Below, piece by piece: positions 52,778 through 61,116 of a DNA stretch of 64,000 nucleotides. Numbering within the stretch: the stretch's first letter is position 1; each line of letters opens with the position of its first letter. The position numbers and the translations under genes were made by a program. Origin of the DNA: Thermoplasmata archaeon (lineage in GTDB: Archaea; Thermoplasmatota; Thermoplasmata; Lutacidiplasmatales; UBA184); the NCBI GenBank assembly GCA_022749995.1, contig JAKIWO010000001.1, positions 154,330 to 218,329 of the forward strand, read 5' to 3'. The notes under the pieces are model-generated. The model did no database searches. It was not told the DNA's origin and saw only the letters and a list, made by a program, of their open reading frames with translations.

Positions 52778-53866
52778 CGGTCCGTCGAGGCTCCCACGGG
52801 GATAAGTACTCGGTCCGATGCACTCGCCACTGGAGGTTGCCGTCTGGCCCGGAAGAAGATTCCAGGGGCGGCCACCTACGAGGCGAGCCCGAACATCGCC
52901 CTGGTGAAGTACTGGGGGCTGCGCGATCCGGCCCGGATGCTGCCGTACAACAGCAGCGTCTCGATGACCCTCTCGGGGCTTCGCACTCGCACGTCCGTGG
53001 AGTTCGACCCGGAGCTCACCGCCGACCAGCTGCGGCTCAACGGCAAGATCGCCACGGGCGGACCGCTCGAATCCGCGAGCCGCTTCCTCGAGCGGGTCCG
53101 ACAGCGGGCGCAGCTCCTCGGTTTCGCACGGATCGAGAGCCGCAACAACTTCCCCACCGCGAGCGGGCTCGCGAGCAGCGCGAGCGGCTTTGCCGCGCTG
53201 GCCGGCGCGGCCTCGCGCGCGGCGGGACTGCCCGAGAGCCCCTCGGCGCTCTCCGAACTCGCACGATTCGGGAGCGGCAGCGCCTGTCGCTCCGTCTACG
53301 CAGGCTACGTCGAGTGGCAGGCCGGGCACCGTCCGGACGGCGGGGACTGCTACGCCAAGCCGCTGTTCGGTGCCCGGCACTGGCCGGAGCTCGTCGACCT
53401 GGTCGTGATCGTCCGCGACGCGCCGGAAAAGGTGGTACGTTCGCAGGAGTCGATGCAGCTCAGCGTCGAGAGCGCGCTCGAGTACCGCGCGCGGCAACGT
53501 GCGCTGCCCCGGCGCATCGGACTCTTGCGGCGCGCGCTGCGTCTGCGCGAATCGCGTGCGCTCTTCCCGCTCGTCATGGAGGAGTGCGATGAGTTCCGCC
53601 ACATCTGCGAGAGCACCGACCCTCCGCTCGACTACCTCACCCGGACCTCCCGCGACGTGATCGCGGCGGTTGAGGAGCTGAACCGCGAGGCCGGCCGGCC
53701 CATCGCCGGGTACACCCACGACGCCGGCGCGCACCTCCACCTGTTCACGTTGCGCGGCGACCTGCGATCGGTGCGCGCGGCGCTCCGCCCCGTGCAGGGG
53801 ATCGCGCGGAGCTACCTCACGAGCGCCGGGCCCGGCGGCCGCTACCTCGGTCGGCGGCGCGGCTAG
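52691..53866 (+). CDS. Diphosphomevalonate decarboxylase-family protein (MVD/PMD/M3K clade undetermined)
   Basis: SPNIALVKYWG, NFPTASGLASSASGFAAL, GSGSACRS. The start is uncertain; the first canonical in-frame start upstream of the conserved N-terminus is ATG 52691. Confidence 0.7.
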   Translation: METAEALAVGPVLRRTDRPGLRHRRAGRHRSVEAPTGISTRSDALATGGCRLARKKIPGAATYEASPNIALVKYWGLRDPARMLPYNSSVSMTLSGLRTRTSVEFDPELTADQLRLNGKIATGGPLESASRFLERVRQRAQLLGFARIESRNNFPTASGLASSASGFAALAGAASRAAGLPESPSALSELARFGSGSACRSVYAGYVEWQAGHRPDGGDCYAKPLFGARHWPELVDLVVIVRDAPEKVVRSQESMQLSVESALEYRARQRALPRRIGLLRRALRLRESRALFPLVMEECDEFRHICESTDPPLDYLTRTSRDVIAAVEELNREAGRPIAGYTHDAGAHLHLFTLRGDLRSVRAALRPVQGIARSYLTSAGPGGRYLGRRRG

Positions 53867-54398
53867 CCTGGCGTCGGCGGCGCGCCGGCGCGGGCGGGCT
53901 GGTGCGGAGAGCGAACAGTTCGAGTGCGAAGCCGTCCGGGTCGAGCCAGGTCGTGGAGACGGATCCGGGCCGGGGCTCGGGTCGCTCCTCCCCGAGGAAG
54001 AGCGGGTAGACTCCCTCCCGCTCGAGCGCCTGCTCGATGCGGTGCAGCCGCTGGGGGCTCTCGACCCGGAAGGCGAGGTGCTCCGCGAGCACCGGCTCCC
54101 GTCCGGTCGGAGGGTGGCGCGAGACACGGGGCGGCGCACCGCGCAGCAGCCACAGCGCGAACGCCGGGCTCTGGTAGACGGCGTGCTCTGGTGCGCGCGA
54201 GGCGCGGCGGAACCCGAGCCGTCCCAAGAGGAGGTCGTAGAACGGGACGCTCCGGTCGAGGTCGGAGACCTCGAGGGACAGATGCCCAATCTCGGCGGCG
54301 TGGCGCGGGCGCGCGCCCTGGCTCCAGGCCCCCGACCGGGGCGCTAGACGGCTAGAGGATGTGCCGATCGTACTCGGGAGCCGGGAGCTCGAGCCCAA
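53817..54398 (-). CDS. VOC (glyoxalase/bleomycin-resistance) family protein
   Basis: EIGHLSLEVSDLDRSVPFYDLLLGRLGF and HLAFRV motifs. The only in-frame start is TTG 54398, overlapping the upstream gene end. Confidence 0.55.
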   Translation of the reverse strand: MGSSSRLPSTIGTSSSRLAPRSGAWSQGARPRHAAEIGHLSLEVSDLDRSVPFYDLLLGRLGFRRASRAPEHAVYQSPAFALWLLRGAPPRVSRHPPTGREPVLAEHLAFRVESPQRLHRIEQALEREGVYPLFLGEERPEPRPGSVSTTWLDPDGFALELFALRTSPPAPARRRRQASRAADRGSGRRARRS

Positions 54399-55200
54399 TA
54401 GCGGAGATGAGGGGAGCGATCTCCTTGAGGTAGCGAGCCCGGGCCTCCTCGTTGGTCCAGCGCTTGAGGCCGAGCTCGATCGCCTTGCGGCTCGTGTCGG
54501 AGTTGGAGTGCCCGAACATGTCGAGCGCGCGGGGGAACCACTTCTGCACGGCCTCCTGCGCCTCCTCCTTGGACCCGGCGTACTTCGGTCCTTGCTGCAC
54601 CATGCGGCGCAGCACGTTGAGCCCGAAGTTCAAGTGCAACTGCTCCTCCGACAGCATGAGCGGCATTGCTCGAGCGAGCGGGCCGTAGGCGCACTCTTGG
54701 AAGGCGCGGAGCTGGTAGACGCCGACCCGGTCGACGAAGCAGGTGAACGCGCCGACGTCGCTCCACCGTTCGAACTTCATGTTGAACGCGTCGAGCTTGT
54801 GCTCCCCCTCCTTCTTGGTGAGCAGCTCGTCAATGTACTTCTGTCCCTCCTCGCCAAAGTCCCGGAGGATGCGGCAGGCCTGCAGCCCGTGGCGGGCCTC
54901 GTCGGCGACGATCCGCGCCTCGATCCACCGGTCCTCGAGCGACGGCGCGCTGTCGAGCCAGGGCCGGTGCTGCTGGATGGAGGCGAACTCGGTGTCCGCC
55001 TGCACGACCATGAGCCGGATGATGAGGCGGCGCATCTCGGCGGGGATCTCCTCCGCCGACTCATACTTCCGAACGCCGGCCATCTCGCCCCAGAGGATCT
55101 CCCGGACCGGCTCGATCGTCCCGCCCTCCTTGAGGATCTGAGAGGTGGGGGCGGAGACGGCGCCGGTCGACGGCGCACTGGGCAGCGACTCCGACGGCAT
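54352..55200 (-). CDS. PaaA/PaaC-family ferritin-like diiron oxygenase subunit
   Basis: Two E-x-x-H diiron motifs (VADEARHG, LSEEQLH) plus VVQADTEF. Layout resembles phenylacetyl-CoA epoxidase subunit A. Confidence 0.55.
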   Translation of the reverse strand: MPSESLPSAPSTGAVSAPTSQILKEGGTIEPVREILWGEMAGVRKYESAEEIPAEMRRLIIRLMVVQADTEFASIQQHRPWLDSAPSLEDRWIEARIVADEARHGLQACRILRDFGEEGQKYIDELLTKKEGEHKLDAFNMKFERWSDVGAFTCFVDRVGVYQLRAFQECAYGPLARAMPLMLSEEQLHLNFGLNVLRRMVQQGPKYAGSKEEAQEAVQKWFPRALDMFGHSNSDTSRKAIELGLKRWTNEEARARYLKEIAPLISAIGLELPAPEYDRHIL

Positions 55201-55218
55201 GGGAGCCCTTTCTATGGC

Positions 55219-56001
55219 CTAACGGCCCTTAAAGGTAGGCTTGCGCTTCTCGGTGAAGGCACCGATTCCTTCCTTCGCGTCCTCGGTGACGAACAGCCGG
55301 TTCTGCAGTTCCCGCTCAAGCGCAAGCCCCCCGGAGAGCGGTAGCTCGATCCCTTCGAGCACCGCGCGCTTGATCAGGCTCACCGCGCGGGAGGGCCCGT
55401 GGGCCAACGCCCCGGCGTACGCCTGGACGTCGGCGCGGAAGCTCTCCTTCGGGTAGAGATGATTCACCAAGCCGATGGCGTGCGCCTCGTCCGGAGAGAG
55501 CAGCCGGCCCGTGACCATGAGGTCGAGCGCCCGCGCCGCACCGATGAGCCGCGGCAACCGCTGAGTGCCGCCCGTGCCGGGGAGCACGCCGAGGGTGACC
55601 TCCGGCAGGCCGATCTTCCCGGACTCCTTGGCCATGAGCCGCAGGTCGCAGGAGAGCGCGATCTCGAGCCCACCGCCGACACAGTGTCCGTTGATGGCGG
55701 CGATGACGAGCTTAGGGGTGGCGGCGAACTTGTTGAGCGTCTCCTGGCAGTGCAGGCAGAACATCGCCTTGAAGTCCGGCTGGCTGGTCTTCAGCATCTC
55801 GATGTCCGCGCCGGCGCTGAAGAAGCCCGGCAAGCCGCTCGTCAGGACGATCACCTTCGCGGCGTCGTCAAAGCGCATCTCCTCGATGGCGAGGTCGAGC
55901 TCCTGCATCATCGCGAGGTCGTAGGTGTTCGCCTTGCCCTTGGCGATCTCGATCCAGCCGACGCCGTCCTCGACCTTAGTCGTGATGAATTTGCCCTGCA
56001 T
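55219..56001 (-). CDS. Enoyl-CoA hydratase/isomerase (crotonase) family
   Basis: ATG at 56001 (MQGKFITT), FFSAGADI, NGHCVGGGLEIALSCD. Confidence 0.8.
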   Translation of the reverse strand: MQGKFITTKVEDGVGWIEIAKGKANTYDLAMMQELDLAIEEMRFDDAAKVIVLTSGLPGFFSAGADIEMLKTSQPDFKAMFCLHCQETLNKFAATPKLVIAAINGHCVGGGLEIALSCDLRLMAKESGKIGLPEVTLGVLPGTGGTQRLPRLIGAARALDLMVTGRLLSPDEAHAIGLVNHLYPKESFRADVQAYAGALAHGPSRAVSLIKRAVLEGIELPLSGGLALERELQNRLFVTEDAKEGIGAFTEKRKPTFKGR

Positions 56002-56074
56002 CGATCCCGTCTCCGCTGTGGAAGGAGCGCGCCGAACGGCGTCTCGGGAATAAGGCTGACGGCGCGCACTCCGG

Positions 56075-56791
56075 CTACGCCGGCCGGGGGTGCGCCGCCG
56101 GCGGTAGCCGCTCCTGGACGCTGCCGTCCGGGAAGCCGACGAGCACCCGCTGCACCAGGCCGATGAACAGACCGCACTCCACGGCACCGGGAAGCCCGTG
56201 CAGCAGGGCTTCGAGGCCAGCGGCGTCCTCCACCATCGACTTCGGCGTCAGGTCGAGCACCTCGTTGCCGTTGTCGGTCAGGAACGGCTGGCCCTGGTTG
56301 TCGGCGCGCAGCGCCGGTCCCAGCCCGAGCCCCCGCAATTCACGCAGCAGGGCCGGGCGGGCGAACGGGACCACTTCGACCGGGATCGGCACCCGGGTCC
56401 CGACGCGAGGGACGAGCTTCGACGGATCCACCAGGATCACCACCTCGCGGCTGAGGCGCGCGAGGAACTTCTCCCGGAACAGCGCGCCGCCGCCGCCCTT
56501 GGTGAGCTCGAGGGAGGGCGTCACCTCATCGGCGCCGTCCAGCATCAGGTCGAACCGATCGCTTTCCTCTAGCGAGCGAACCGGTAGTCCGAGGTCGCGC
56601 GCGAGCTTCTCCGAGGCGAGCGAGCTCGCGACGCACGTCAGGTCACCCCCGTCGGTGAACCGTTCCGCCAGGGCACGGATGGCCATCGTCGCGGTCGATC
56701 CCGTACCGAGCGCGATCGTGGCCCCGCGGTGAACCCGCGCGGCGCCCGCGAGTGCCGCGGCGCTCTTGGCTCGGGTCAGGTCGCCGGCCAT
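56075..56791 (-). CDS. rpiA: Ribose-5-phosphate isomerase A
   Basis: IALGTGSTA, LDGADEV, KGGGGALFREK. Confidence 0.85.
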   Translation of the reverse strand: MAGDLTRAKSAAALAGAARVHRGATIALGTGSTATMAIRALAERFTDGGDLTCVASSLASEKLARDLGLPVRSLEESDRFDLMLDGADEVTPSLELTKGGGGALFREKFLARLSREVVILVDPSKLVPRVGTRVPIPVEVVPFARPALLRELRGLGLGPALRADNQGQPFLTDNGNEVLDLTPKSMVEDAAGLEALLHGLPGAVECGLFIGLVQRVLVGFPDGSVQERLPPAAHPRPA

Positions 56792-56897
56792 GGTTCGCGG
56801 GGCGTCCGCGCGCTCATAAACTCGCCGCCGGGGCCGCAGCCTCTACGAGTGCTCCAACCCCAAGGTACATGGGGCGGGCACACCTGCGCGCGCCCGG

Positions 56898-57599
56898 ATG
56901 CCGAAGGCCCGTGCCATCCCCCTGGTCGTACTCTCGCTGGGAGGGTCGGTATTCCGAACCGGGGAGGGGGATGCGGCGTATCTTCGCAAGCTAGCGAGCC
57001 TGCTGCACGAAGTGGCCACAAGCCATCGACTCGTCGTGACCACCGGCGGCGGTCGCACCGCTCGCGAGTACATCGAGCTCGCCCGGGAGCTCGGGCTCAC
57101 GCCGATCGAGCTCGATGAGCTCGGCATCGAGGTGACCCGCCTGCATGCCCGTCTTCTGGCCGGACTGTTAGGCCCTCCCGTCTCCCCCACTCCGCCCACG
57201 ACGTTGGGCGAGGCGGTTCGCGAGGCGCATCGCGGCGGGATCGTGGTGCTCGGCGGCACCGAACCCGGCCACACCACCGATGGCGTGGCGGCCCTCCTCG
57301 CTGCCCGGCTCCGCGCCGACCGCCTCGTGAATGCCACGAGCGTGAGCGGCCTGTTCGACAAGGACCCCCGTCGAGACCGATCCGCCCAGCGGATCGAGCG
57401 CTGCGGCTGGGATCAGTTCCGGGACCAGGTCGCGAGCGTCGGCCGTGGCGATCCCGGCCAACAGTTCGTTTTCGACGCCTTGGGCGCCGAGCTGCTCGCC
57501 CGTTCCCGCATCCCGCTCTGGATCGTGGACGGCCGGGACCTCGACCAGCTCGAGGGCGCCCTGCTCGGTCGGCCGTTCATCGGCACCCGGGTCGAGTGA
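56898..57599 (+). CDS. pyrH: UMP kinase (archaeal type)
   Basis: VVLSLGGSV, VVTTGGGRTAREYI, GGTEPGHTTDGVAALLA. Confidence 0.8.
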   Translation: MPKARAIPLVVLSLGGSVFRTGEGDAAYLRKLASLLHEVATSHRLVVTTGGGRTAREYIELARELGLTPIELDELGIEVTRLHARLLAGLLGPPVSPTPPTTLGEAVREAHRGGIVVLGGTEPGHTTDGVAALLAARLRADRLVNATSVSGLFDKDPRRDRSAQRIERCGWDQFRDQVASVGRGDPGQQFVFDALGAELLARSRIPLWIVDGRDLDQLEGALLGRPFIGTRVE

Positions 57600-57641
57600 G
57601 AGTCCGGGAACCGTTTTCCGCCGGAGCCACTCGTCCCGGCG

Positions 57642-58283
57642 ATGCCACGGGTCGTGCTGCTGGGGCCGCCCGGCGCCGGCAAAGGGACGCAGGCCGGCCC
57701 GCTCGCGGCGGAGCTAGGCGTCCCTCATCTTTCGACGGGCGATCTGCTGCGCGCCGCCGTCGCGAAGGCCACGAGCCTCGGAGCCGAGGCGGACGGCTAC
57801 ATGCGCGCCGGCCACCTCGTGCCCGATGAGCTCGTGCTGCGCATCCTGCGCGCCCGGCTCTCCGAGCCGGACGCCCGGGCCGGTTTCGTGCTCGACGGGT
57901 ACCCGCGCAACCGCGCGCAGGCGGAGACGCTCGCCGCGCTGGTGGCCGTGGACGACGTGCTCTACTTCGAGCTGCCCGAGGAGGTGCTCCTTGGGCGGCT
58001 GACCCAGCGGCGGAGCTGCCCGAGGTGCGGGCGGGTCTACAACCTCTCCACGCGGCCGCCCCGCTCCCCCGGCCGCTGCGATGTGGAGGGGGCCGAGCTC
58101 CTCCAGCGCAGCGACGACCGGCCCGAGGCGGTGCGGGTGCGGCTCGCCACGTACCGCGAACAGACCGAGCCGTTGTTGCAGTACTACGCCGGAGCCGGCC
58201 TCCTCCGCCGGCTCGACGCCCTCGGCTCGACGGAAGAGGTCGGGCGCCGGCTCCGCGCCGCGCTCCGTCTTCCAAATGTTTAA
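57642..58283 (+). CDS. adk: Adenylate kinase (long, zinc-lid type)
   Basis: LLGPPGAGKGTQ P-loop. LID has CPRCGRVYN...PGRCDVEG. Confidence 0.85.
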   Translation: MPRVVLLGPPGAGKGTQAGPLAAELGVPHLSTGDLLRAAVAKATSLGAEADGYMRAGHLVPDELVLRILRARLSEPDARAGFVLDGYPRNRAQAETLAALVAVDDVLYFELPEEVLLGRLTQRRSCPRCGRVYNLSTRPPRSPGRCDVEGAELLQRSDDRPEAVRVRLATYREQTEPLLQYYAGAGLLRRLDALGSTEEVGRRLRAALRLPNV

Positions 58284-58311
58284 GCCGCGCCCTCCCGTGG
58301 CCGCGCCGGGT

Positions 58312-58417
58312 CCCGGCTTAGCTCAGTGGTAGAGCGGGGGACTGTAGTCGCGACCGCCGGACACCGGCGGCCCCCGCAGATATCCTCAGGTCGCCTGTTC
58401 GAGTCAGGCAGCCGGGA
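58312..58417 (+). tRNA. tRNA-Tyr (anticodon GTA) with a 34-nt intron after position 37
   Basis: Acceptor CCCGGCT/AGCCGGG with the C1:G72 pair, anticodon stem GGGGA/TCCTC, loop CTGTAG^A, T-loop TTCGAGT. The spliced length is 72 nt. Confidence 0.8.
58348..58381 (+). other. tRNA-Tyr intron (canonical 37/38 position)
   Basis: tcgcgaccgccggacaccggcggcccccgcagat contains a 7-bp CCGCCGG/CCGGCGG hairpin. Exact BHB borders may be off by 1-2 nt. Confidence 0.6.
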
Positions 58418-58471
58418 CTTCCCGGGGGCCGGTCCGTGACCTTATCCTCACCGGAGCGCCAGAACTCGCCG

Positions 58472-58816
58472 ATGGAGCAGCTCCACCTCGCGGACTTCGA
58501 GGGCGCTACCCTGCGGCGGCCCGGCCGGGTCGTGGTCTGCTTCCACGCGAGCTGGTGCGGATTCTGCCGGCGGTTCGTCCCCAGCTTCCGCGCGCGCGAC
58601 GGGACGGTGCCGGCGACGCTCGCGCTCGCCGACATCTCCGACGAGGAGAATCCGCTGTGGGACCGACTCGGGATCGAGGTGGTCCCGGCGCTCTTCGCGT
58701 TCGAGGAAGGAAAGCTCGCCTGGCGCATCGACTCGCCGATGGGTGTGGGGCTCGATGACCGGGCCCTCGCCACCATGACCCAGCGGCTCGGACGGTCCCC
58801 CGGTCAGATCAAGTAG
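58472..58816 (+). CDS. Thioredoxin-fold protein
   Basis: VVCFHASWCGFCRRF (WCGFC active site). ATG at 58472, alternative GTG at 58436. Confidence 0.7.
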   Translation: MEQLHLADFEGATLRRPGRVVVCFHASWCGFCRRFVPSFRARDGTVPATLALADISDEENPLWDRLGIEVVPALFAFEEGKLAWRIDSPMGVGLDDRALATMTQRLGRSPGQIK

Positions 58817-59391
58817 GGCACGAGCCGCCAGGTGCGCTCCCGGTACGCCGCGTAGGCCGGGGCGAGCTCGTCGAGGAGCAGCCGCTCTTCCGATCGGATT
58901 CGGTAGCCGAAGATGAGGGCAGCGACCACGAGCACGAGCGGTACCGCCTCCCACGCCCCGCTCGCCAGACCAGCCCCTACCATCGAGACCACTATCCCGG
59001 TGTAGGAGGGATGGCGCACCCAACGGTACGGTCCGGCCTCGACCAGTTCGTGGTGGTCCACGATCCGGAGGCTGGTGCTGAAGAACCGGCCTAGGACCGC
59101 GATCGACCACTGGCGGATCGCAATCCCGGTCAGCATCAGGAGCACCCCCGCATCGACGTAGACGACCGGGAGCGTGGCCCAGCCGAGTGGCCGGAACAGC
59201 CCGAGCAGCACGAACGACGCGAGCAGGCCGGCGAGGATGACCACGCCGGAGGCACCACCCGAGCGGCGGCGCGCCGGAGCCATCCCACCGCGGATCGCCG
59301 GTACGAGGAGGCTGCCGACGATCTCGCTCAACAGCCAGATGCCGTACGCGAGGCTCACGAGGAGCGTCGAACTGACGCCGAGGAGCGGCAC
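58804..59391 (-). CDS. Isoprenylcysteine carboxyl methyltransferase (ICMT/PEMT) family membrane protein
   Basis: GPYRWVRHPSYTGIVV and EERLL motifs; ~5 TM. Confidence 0.75.
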   Translation of the reverse strand: MPLLGVSSTLLVSLAYGIWLLSEIVGSLLVPAIRGGMAPARRRSGGASGVVILAGLLASFVLLGLFRPLGWATLPVVYVDAGVLLMLTGIAIRQWSIAVLGRFFSTSLRIVDHHELVEAGPYRWVRHPSYTGIVVSMVGAGLASGAWEAVPLVLVVAALIFGYRIRSEERLLLDELAPAYAAYRERTWRLVPYLI

Positions 59392-59537
59392 GGACCACTC
59401 AGTCTACTCCCCGTGCATGAGGACTTGCCTTGGAGGGAGCAGGGATGCTAGATCCGACGACCGATGCGGTGCACGCCGAGTGCGGGGCGAACCCACGGCA
59501 AGGTCCGGCGGGTCCCGCCCCGCCCTCCAAGATCAAA

Positions 59538-59609
59538 TGCGGTTGCCGGGATTCGAACCCGGGTAGGTAGCTTGGGAAGCTACCGTCCTAACCACTAGAC
59601 CACAACCGC
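59538..59609 (-). tRNA. tRNA-Gly (anticodon CCC)
   Basis: The reverse complement folds as GCGGTTG..GTCT AGTGGTTA GGAC..GTAGC TTCCCAA GCTAC..CCGGG TTCGAAT CCCGG CAACCGC A. Confidence 0.85.
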
Positions 59610-59655
59610 GCGCCTAGCGGGGAAGGGGCCCCGTTCTTGAGGCTTGTGCGAACGG

Positions 59656-60144
59656 CTAGAGCAGCAGCCCGACCGACTCGGACGGTATTGACGGGGCGGC
59701 CGCGACCAGGTCCGAGTTCGACACCAGTCCCTCGGCGCCGCTCGAGTAGTACCCCGCCTTGCGGAGCGCCGCGAGCGCCTTCTTTGGGCTGCTCACTCCG
59801 AGCGCGACCAGCACTCGAGCGCCGTCCCGTTGTACTAGTAGGGTGACGTACCGAACATTGATGCGAGCGGCGGCCAGGCAATCCAGCACCTGCAGCAGGC
59901 TGCCCGTTCGCTCTTCCAGATGGACCGGAAGCAACTCGCCGGTGCTCGGCTTGAGCCCGGACTCCTCGAGCAACCGCACGGCGCGCGCCGGGTCGCTCAC
60001 GACGAGCCGGACGGTTCCTCGGTTGGACGTGGCTTCCACCGAGATGGCCGCGACATTGATCCGATTCTCGGCGAGGCTGCGGGCGACCCCGGCGAGCGCC
60101 CCGGGTCGGTTCGGCAGACGCAGAGAGATTTCTACGAGGGCCAT
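59656..60144 (-). CDS. Tandem ACT-domain protein
   Basis: ATG at 60144 (MALVEISLRLPNRPGALAGVARSLAENRINV). A second ACT-like unit is ERTGSLLQVLDCLAAARINV. Confidence 0.65.
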   Translation of the reverse strand: MALVEISLRLPNRPGALAGVARSLAENRINVAAISVEATSNRGTVRLVVSDPARAVRLLEESGLKPSTGELLPVHLEERTGSLLQVLDCLAAARINVRYVTLLVQRDGARVLVALGVSSPKKALAALRKAGYYSSGAEGLVSNSDLVAAAPSIPSESVGLLL

Positions 60145-60272
60145 GTGCAACCCTCCCAGAGGGCGTACCTCCAAAACGCTAGCCCTTCCGCCTGGATTCT
60201 AGACGGATGGGCCGCCCGCGATAGGGGCGAGTAGCACCGCCCCGCCCGTGGTCGACAGGTGTCGGGCTTCGC

Positions 60273-61103
60273 TCAGAGCCGATACCGCCGCACGGCATCG
60301 GCCTTGCCCACCCGGGTGGCCGCCCACCACAGGAGGCCGGCTCCGATGACAGAGAATAGCGGAATGATCAGCAAGATCGCGGCTCGCCGGAACCGTTGCT
60401 CATCAAAGTACTCCCCCGCCCGCCAGATCCCCAGGAGGTCGCCGGCCCACCCGATCAAGGCGACCACCGCTGCCGCGGCCACGACGAGCCCCGCCGTGCC
60501 GACCGCGGTGATCGGGTCAGCGCAGGCGGTCTGCCAGTCTTGGTTCGAGGGCACGGTGGCGAGGCAATCGCTCAGGCCCAGTACACTGTTGAGCAGGAGC
60601 GCAGTACTGAGCAGGAGCAAGGGAATCCCCACGACCGCGAGCCAGGTGAGCCGGGCAGGGAGCTCGAATTCCGGATTGTTCTCCCGCAGCTCCCGGAACG
60701 CCGAGAGGAGCGCGATTGTGGCGATGAACTGTAAGATCCCACCGATGATGGCGATGAGGATGAGCAGTTCCACGGTGCCAGCGGTGATCGACAGTTGAGG
60801 TACGCCCGCAGCGTTTGCCGGGCCGGTGGCGGAGGTCGTGCCGCTCAGCGCCGTGTACGCCGCGTAACTCCAGCCGAAGAGCTGCGCGGCCAGACCCACC
60901 CCGCCCGCCACCTGCAGGTTTTGGACCGCCCCTCGGTCCTCGTGCCTTCGGCCTCGGGCGCCCCAGGTGTCGCCCACCGTGGGCGGTGGGACCTCCGGCA
61001 GCATGGTGGAAGTGGGCGTGTACGGCCCGGCGGCCACTTTCCCGGCAACCGCCCCGGGACCTAAAGGCCGTTCTCCACCCTCGAGCGCCCCGCTCTCCCG
61101 CAC
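60273..61103 (-). CDS. Polytopic membrane protein, Cys-pair loop family (paralog A; DUF973-like from memory)
   Basis: AFRELRE..., loop SDCLATVPSNQDWQTAC, WRAGEYFDEQRFRRA. Clear paralog of 61117..61878. Confidence 0.55.
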   Translation of the reverse strand: MRESGALEGGERPLGPGAVAGKVAAGPYTPTSTMLPEVPPPTVGDTWGARGRRHEDRGAVQNLQVAGGVGLAAQLFGWSYAAYTALSGTTSATGPANAAGVPQLSITAGTVELLILIAIIGGILQFIATIALLSAFRELRENNPEFELPARLTWLAVVGIPLLLLSTALLLNSVLGLSDCLATVPSNQDWQTACADPITAVGTAGLVVAAAAVVALIGWAGDLLGIWRAGEYFDEQRFRRAAILLIIPLFSVIGAGLLWWAATRVGKADAVRRYRL

Positions 61104-61116
61104 AACGGACGGAGCG

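Noticed and set aside
52778-54289. Upstream part of track ORF 52247..54289
   Set aside because: It is antisense to the MVD-family gene. Only the C-terminal hot-dog thioesterase portion is credible.
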